NCBI GenBank assembly: GCA_002304935.1
Contig: DBPS01000047.1
Coordinates: 10,134-74,133, forward strand
Direction: 5' to 3'
DNA: 64,000 nucleotides
Source of the DNA: Candidatus Humimicrobium oleiphilum
GTDB taxonomy: Bacteria > Actinomycetota > Humimicrobiia > Humimicrobiales > Humimicrobiaceae
The position numbers and the translations under genes are program-made. Position 1 is the first letter of the stretch, and every line of letters begins with the position of its first letter. Positions 60,894 through 64,000 of this stretch are shown one piece after another. The notes below the pieces were generated by a model that did not search any database, was not told where the DNA came from, and worked only from the letters and a program-made list of their open reading frames with translations.

Positions 60894-62492
60894 ATGGAAG
60901 AAAATAATCATGATGCAAGGTATCCTTTATGCCTGATAATTTTGGATGGCTGGGGATGTTCAGATAAAAAAGAAGGAAACGCAATACTTGCCGCAGATAC
61001 ACCTAATTATGACAGGCTGATAAAAGAAAATCCGCACACGCTTTTAAATGCTTCGGGATTGTCAGTCGGACTGCCTGAAGGGCAGATGGGGAATTCAGAA
61101 GTCGGACATTTGAATATCGGGGCAGGCAGAATCGTATATCAGGAACTGACAAAAATATCCAGGTCTATAGAGCTTGGCAAGTTTTTTGAAAAAGAAGCTT
61201 TTCTTGAGGCAATAAATAATGTGAATAAAAATAATTCCAGCCTGCACTTGTTTGGTTTGCTTTCAGATGGAGGAGTTCATAGCCATATTTCACATCTTAA
61301 AGCTTTAATTGATCTTGCAGTCATGCATAATGTCAGAAAACTATATTTACATGCATTTCTTGATGGAAGAGATGTGCCACCCAGATGTGCATTAAGCTAT
61401 ATTGAAGAAATTACTGCATACATGAAGGATAAAGGTCTGGGAGAGCTTGCAACAATATCGGGAAGGTATTATGCAATGGATAGAGATAACAGATGGGACA
61501 GGGTAAAAAAAGCTTATGATAATCTGGTTTACAGAAGCGGACAATTATTTGGCAGCGCTGAGGAGCTCCTGGCTTCATCTTATCAGAATAATGTAGACGA
61601 TGAGTTTGTAATTCCTGCAAGTGTCCATGTCTCTGATCACGAAAATGCAAAGATAAAATCCAAAGATTCTATTATATTTTTTAATTTCAGGCCTGACAGG
61701 GCACGAGAAATAACAAGAGCTTTTATCTATGAAGATTTTAATGAATTTGACAGAGGACCCGATGTTCCCAAAGATATCATTTTTGTATGCATGACTGAAT
61801 ACGATGCTTTGTTTGGTTCCGCAAGAAATGTTTTTATTGCTTATCCTCCAAGAAATATAACAAATACTTTAGGGGAAGTTATTTCCAGGAATAATCTTAA
61901 ACAGCTGAGAATAGCTGAAACAGAAAAATATGCTCATGTAACATTCTTTTTAAACGGAGGCGTTGAGGAACCTAATCCTGGTGAAGACAGAATATTAATT
62001 CCTTCTCCAAAAATAGCTACTTATAATCTTAAACCTGAGATGAGTGCATATGAAATTACAGAAACAGTGTTAGGAAAAATAGATGAAAAATCATATCATG
62101 TAATAATTGTCAATTTTGCAAATCCGGATATGGTAGGACATACTGGTTTTTTTGAACAGACGTTAAAAGCAATCGAAGTAGTTGACGAGTGTCTTGGAAG
62201 AATAACTGATAAATTAAAATCAGTAAAAGGAACATGCATTATGACTGCTGACCATGGTAATGCAGAAGAGATGTTTAATCTTGAAAGACAATGTGCTATG
62301 ACTGCTCATTCCAATTCAAGAGTTCCTTTTATAATATGTGATGAGAGGATTAAATCTCTGGTACCATGTGATAATAATGACACAGCTCTTTGCGACATTT
62401 CTCCAACGATACTGGAAATGTTAAATATAAAAAAACCAGATGAAATGACAGGGAAATCATTAATAAAAGAATGGAAAAATGATACAAAATAA
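60894..62492 (+). CDS. gpmI: 2,3-bisphosphoglycerate-independent phosphoglycerate mutase (copy 1)
   Basis: LIILDGWG, GNSEVGHLNIGAGR (phosphoserine site) and TADHGNAEEM. Confidence 0.93.
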   Translation: MEENNHDARYPLCLIILDGWGCSDKKEGNAILAADTPNYDRLIKENPHTLLNASGLSVGLPEGQMGNSEVGHLNIGAGRIVYQELTKISRSIELGKFFEKEAFLEAINNVNKNNSSLHLFGLLSDGGVHSHISHLKALIDLAVMHNVRKLYLHAFLDGRDVPPRCALSYIEEITAYMKDKGLGELATISGRYYAMDRDNRWDRVKKAYDNLVYRSGQLFGSAEELLASSYQNNVDDEFVIPASVHVSDHENAKIKSKDSIIFFNFRPDRAREITRAFIYEDFNEFDRGPDVPKDIIFVCMTEYDALFGSARNVFIAYPPRNITNTLGEVISRNNLKQLRIAETEKYAHVTFFLNGGVEEPNPGEDRILIPSPKIATYNLKPEMSAYEITETVLGKIDEKSYHVIIVNFANPDMVGHTGFFEQTLKAIEVVDECLGRITDKLKSVKGTCIMTADHGNAEEMFNLERQCAMTAHSNSRVPFIICDERIKSLVPCDNNDTALCDISPTILEMLNIKKPDEMTGKSLIKEWKNDTK

Positions 62493-64000
62493 GTTAAAAA
62501 GACCTATCTGCCTTATTATAATGGATGGCTGGGGAATATCTGAAAAACAAAAAGGTAATGCTATATATCAGGCCCTGACTGCCAATATAGATTATTATAT
62601 GAGGTATTATCCGAATACAAAACTAAATGCTGCAGGCGAAAAAGTCGGTCTGCCTGAAGGTCAGATGGGGAATTCAGAAGTCGGGCATACAAATATAGGA
62701 GCTGGCAGGATAGTTGTTCAGGATTATACAAAAATTACAAATGCCATAAAAGACGGTAGCTTTTATAATAATAAAGTTTTTAAAAATGCATTTCAAAATA
62801 CAATAAATAATAATTCTGATCTGCATTTTATAGGATGTCTTTCAGACGGTGGCGTTCACAGCCATACAGAGCATCTTAAAGCTTTGATGAAAATGGCAGT
62901 AAAATCCAAAGTAAAAAATTTTTATATACATCCTTTTCTTGACGGCAGGGATGTTTTCCCCAAAAGCGCAAAAAAATATATAGCAGAGATACAGGACCTG
63001 ATAAATGAATTAAAAACTGGCGAAATCGCATCATTAAGCGGCAGGTATTATTCGCTTGACAGGGATAACAAATGGGACAGGACAAAAAAGTCTTTTGATC
63101 TTCTGGCTTACAGAAAAGGAGAATTTTTCCAAGATCCCTTTACAGCAGTCGAAGAATGCTACAAAAGAGGTCTTACGGATGAATTTATTGAGCCCTGCTG
63201 CATAGAAACTTCAGATAATGAGAGAGCGAGAATAAAAAACGGGGATTCAGTGATATTTTTTAATTTCAGGCCTGACAGGACAAGGCAGCTATCAAGCCCT
63301 TTTGTAGTTAAAGATTTCAATATCTTTGACAGGGGGGAGATAAATCCTGATAGTATATATTTTGCCGGAATGACTATTTATGATGACAGCTTTACTTGTC
63401 CGGCTGCATTTCCCCAGGAAAGATTGAAAAACACGCTTGGCGAGATAATAGCAGATAATAATTTAAAACAACTTAGAATTGCTGAAACAGATAAATATCC
63501 TCATGTTTCATTCTTTTTCAACGGGGGTATCGAAATTCCTTTTAAAAATGAGGATAGGATAATGATACCTACGGTGCCAGTCAAGACATATGATCTGAAA
63601 CCGCAGATGAGCGCATATGAGGTTACGGAAAAAGTCATTGAAAAAATATATGAAAACATGTATGACCTGATAGTCCTCAATTATGCAAATGCTGATATGG
63701 TCGGACATTCTGGTTTTATGGATTCAGCTATAACTGCAGTAGAAACTGTTGATACATGTGTAGGCCTTGTAGTAAATGCTCTTGTTAATGTCAGTGGCAT
63801 TGCCTTGATTACGGCTGATCACGGAAATGCAGAAGAGATGGTATGTTCGATTACAAAAAATGTAATTACTGCCCACACTTCATCCTATGTTCCTTTTATA
63901 TTATGTGATGATAGCATAAAAGGTTTGAGGCAGGATTATGAAAATCTTAAACTTGGTGATATAGCTCCTACCATTCTGGAGCTTGCAGGAATAGAAAAAC
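62479..64000 (+). CDS. gpmI: 2,3-bisphosphoglycerate-independent phosphoglycerate mutase paralog (copy 2), 3'-truncated by the window end
   Basis: It is absent from the ORF track because no stop codon falls within the window. The frame is open from ATG 62479, giving MIQNKLKRPICLIIMDGWG...GNSEVGHTNIGAGR...TADHGNAEEM. It overlaps copy 1 by 14 nt. Confidence 0.88.
   Translation, partial: MIQNKLKRPICLIIMDGWGISEKQKGNAIYQALTANIDYYMRYYPNTKLNAAGEKVGLPEGQMGNSEVGHTNIGAGRIVVQDYTKITNAIKDGSFYNNKVFKNAFQNTINNNSDLHFIGCLSDGGVHSHTEHLKALMKMAVKSKVKNFYIHPFLDGRDVFPKSAKKYIAEIQDLINELKTGEIASLSGRYYSLDRDNKWDRTKKSFDLLAYRKGEFFQDPFTAVEECYKRGLTDEFIEPCCIETSDNERARIKNGDSVIFFNFRPDRTRQLSSPFVVKDFNIFDRGEINPDSIYFAGMTIYDDSFTCPAAFPQERLKNTLGEIIADNNLKQLRIAETDKYPHVSFFFNGGIEIPFKNEDRIMIPTVPVKTYDLKPQMSAYEVTEKVIEKIYENMYDLIVLNYANADMVGHSGFMDSAITAVETVDTCVGLVVNALVNVSGIALITADHGNAEEMVCSITKNVITAHTSSYVPFILCDDSIKGLRQDYENLKLGDIAPTILELAGIEK

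Noticed and set aside
1-64000. Searched for mobile elements, integrases, transposase-like ORFs, phage genes, CRISPR repeat arrays and toxin-antitoxin pairs
   Set aside because: None seen. Every large ORF is assignable to a housekeeping or metabolic family, and no regularly spaced repeat-spacer arrays were found. The region looks like conserved core chromosome.

Overview
This is a low-GC (roughly 30% GC) bacterial chromosomal window. It is dense in core genes, with most on the + strand. In order it carries the following.
- An AddAB-like helicase-nuclease pair. Gene 1 is truncated at the window start.
- ilvE on the minus strand, divergent from a LysE/RhtB-family exporter.
- A complete bacillithiol locus, bshC-bshB-bshA.
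- A membrane-anchored trypsin-like protease with a cytoplasmic zinc ribbon.
- A large branched-chain amino acid operon, ilvD-ilvB-ilvN-serA-leuA-leuC-leuD-leuB-cimA. It is preceded by a classic Ile/Leu/Val-rich leader-peptide attenuator.
- A K+-type membrane pyrophosphatase (hppA), a solitary larB, and a solitary PilB/GspE ATPase that abuts dnaE.
- hisZGBHAFIE, a his operon without hisD or hisC.
- pfkA, an OsmC/Ohr gene with an inverted-repeat operator, a polysaccharide deacetylase lipoprotein, and tRNA-Leu(CAA).
- polA, rpsA, coaE, uvrB, uvrA, uvrC and rapZ.
- A gap-pgk-tpiA glycolytic operon that ends in two tandem, diverged gpmI paralogs. The second runs off the window.

The most unusual segment is around 41.1-44.0 kb. 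It holds a solitary PduA/EutM-type BMC-H shell protein gene with its own promoter, a structured leader and its own terminator. An unknown membrane protein with N-terminal amphipathic-helix repeats follows it. On the opposite strand is a small redox cluster: an archaeal-type peroxiredoxin, a tiny wHTH protein and a small membrane protein.

No transposases, integrases, CRISPR arrays or phage genes were seen. Several intrinsic terminators, TG-extended -10 promoters and candidate RNA or operator elements are visible. These include a T-box-like attenuator on ilvE and an ilv leader peptide.
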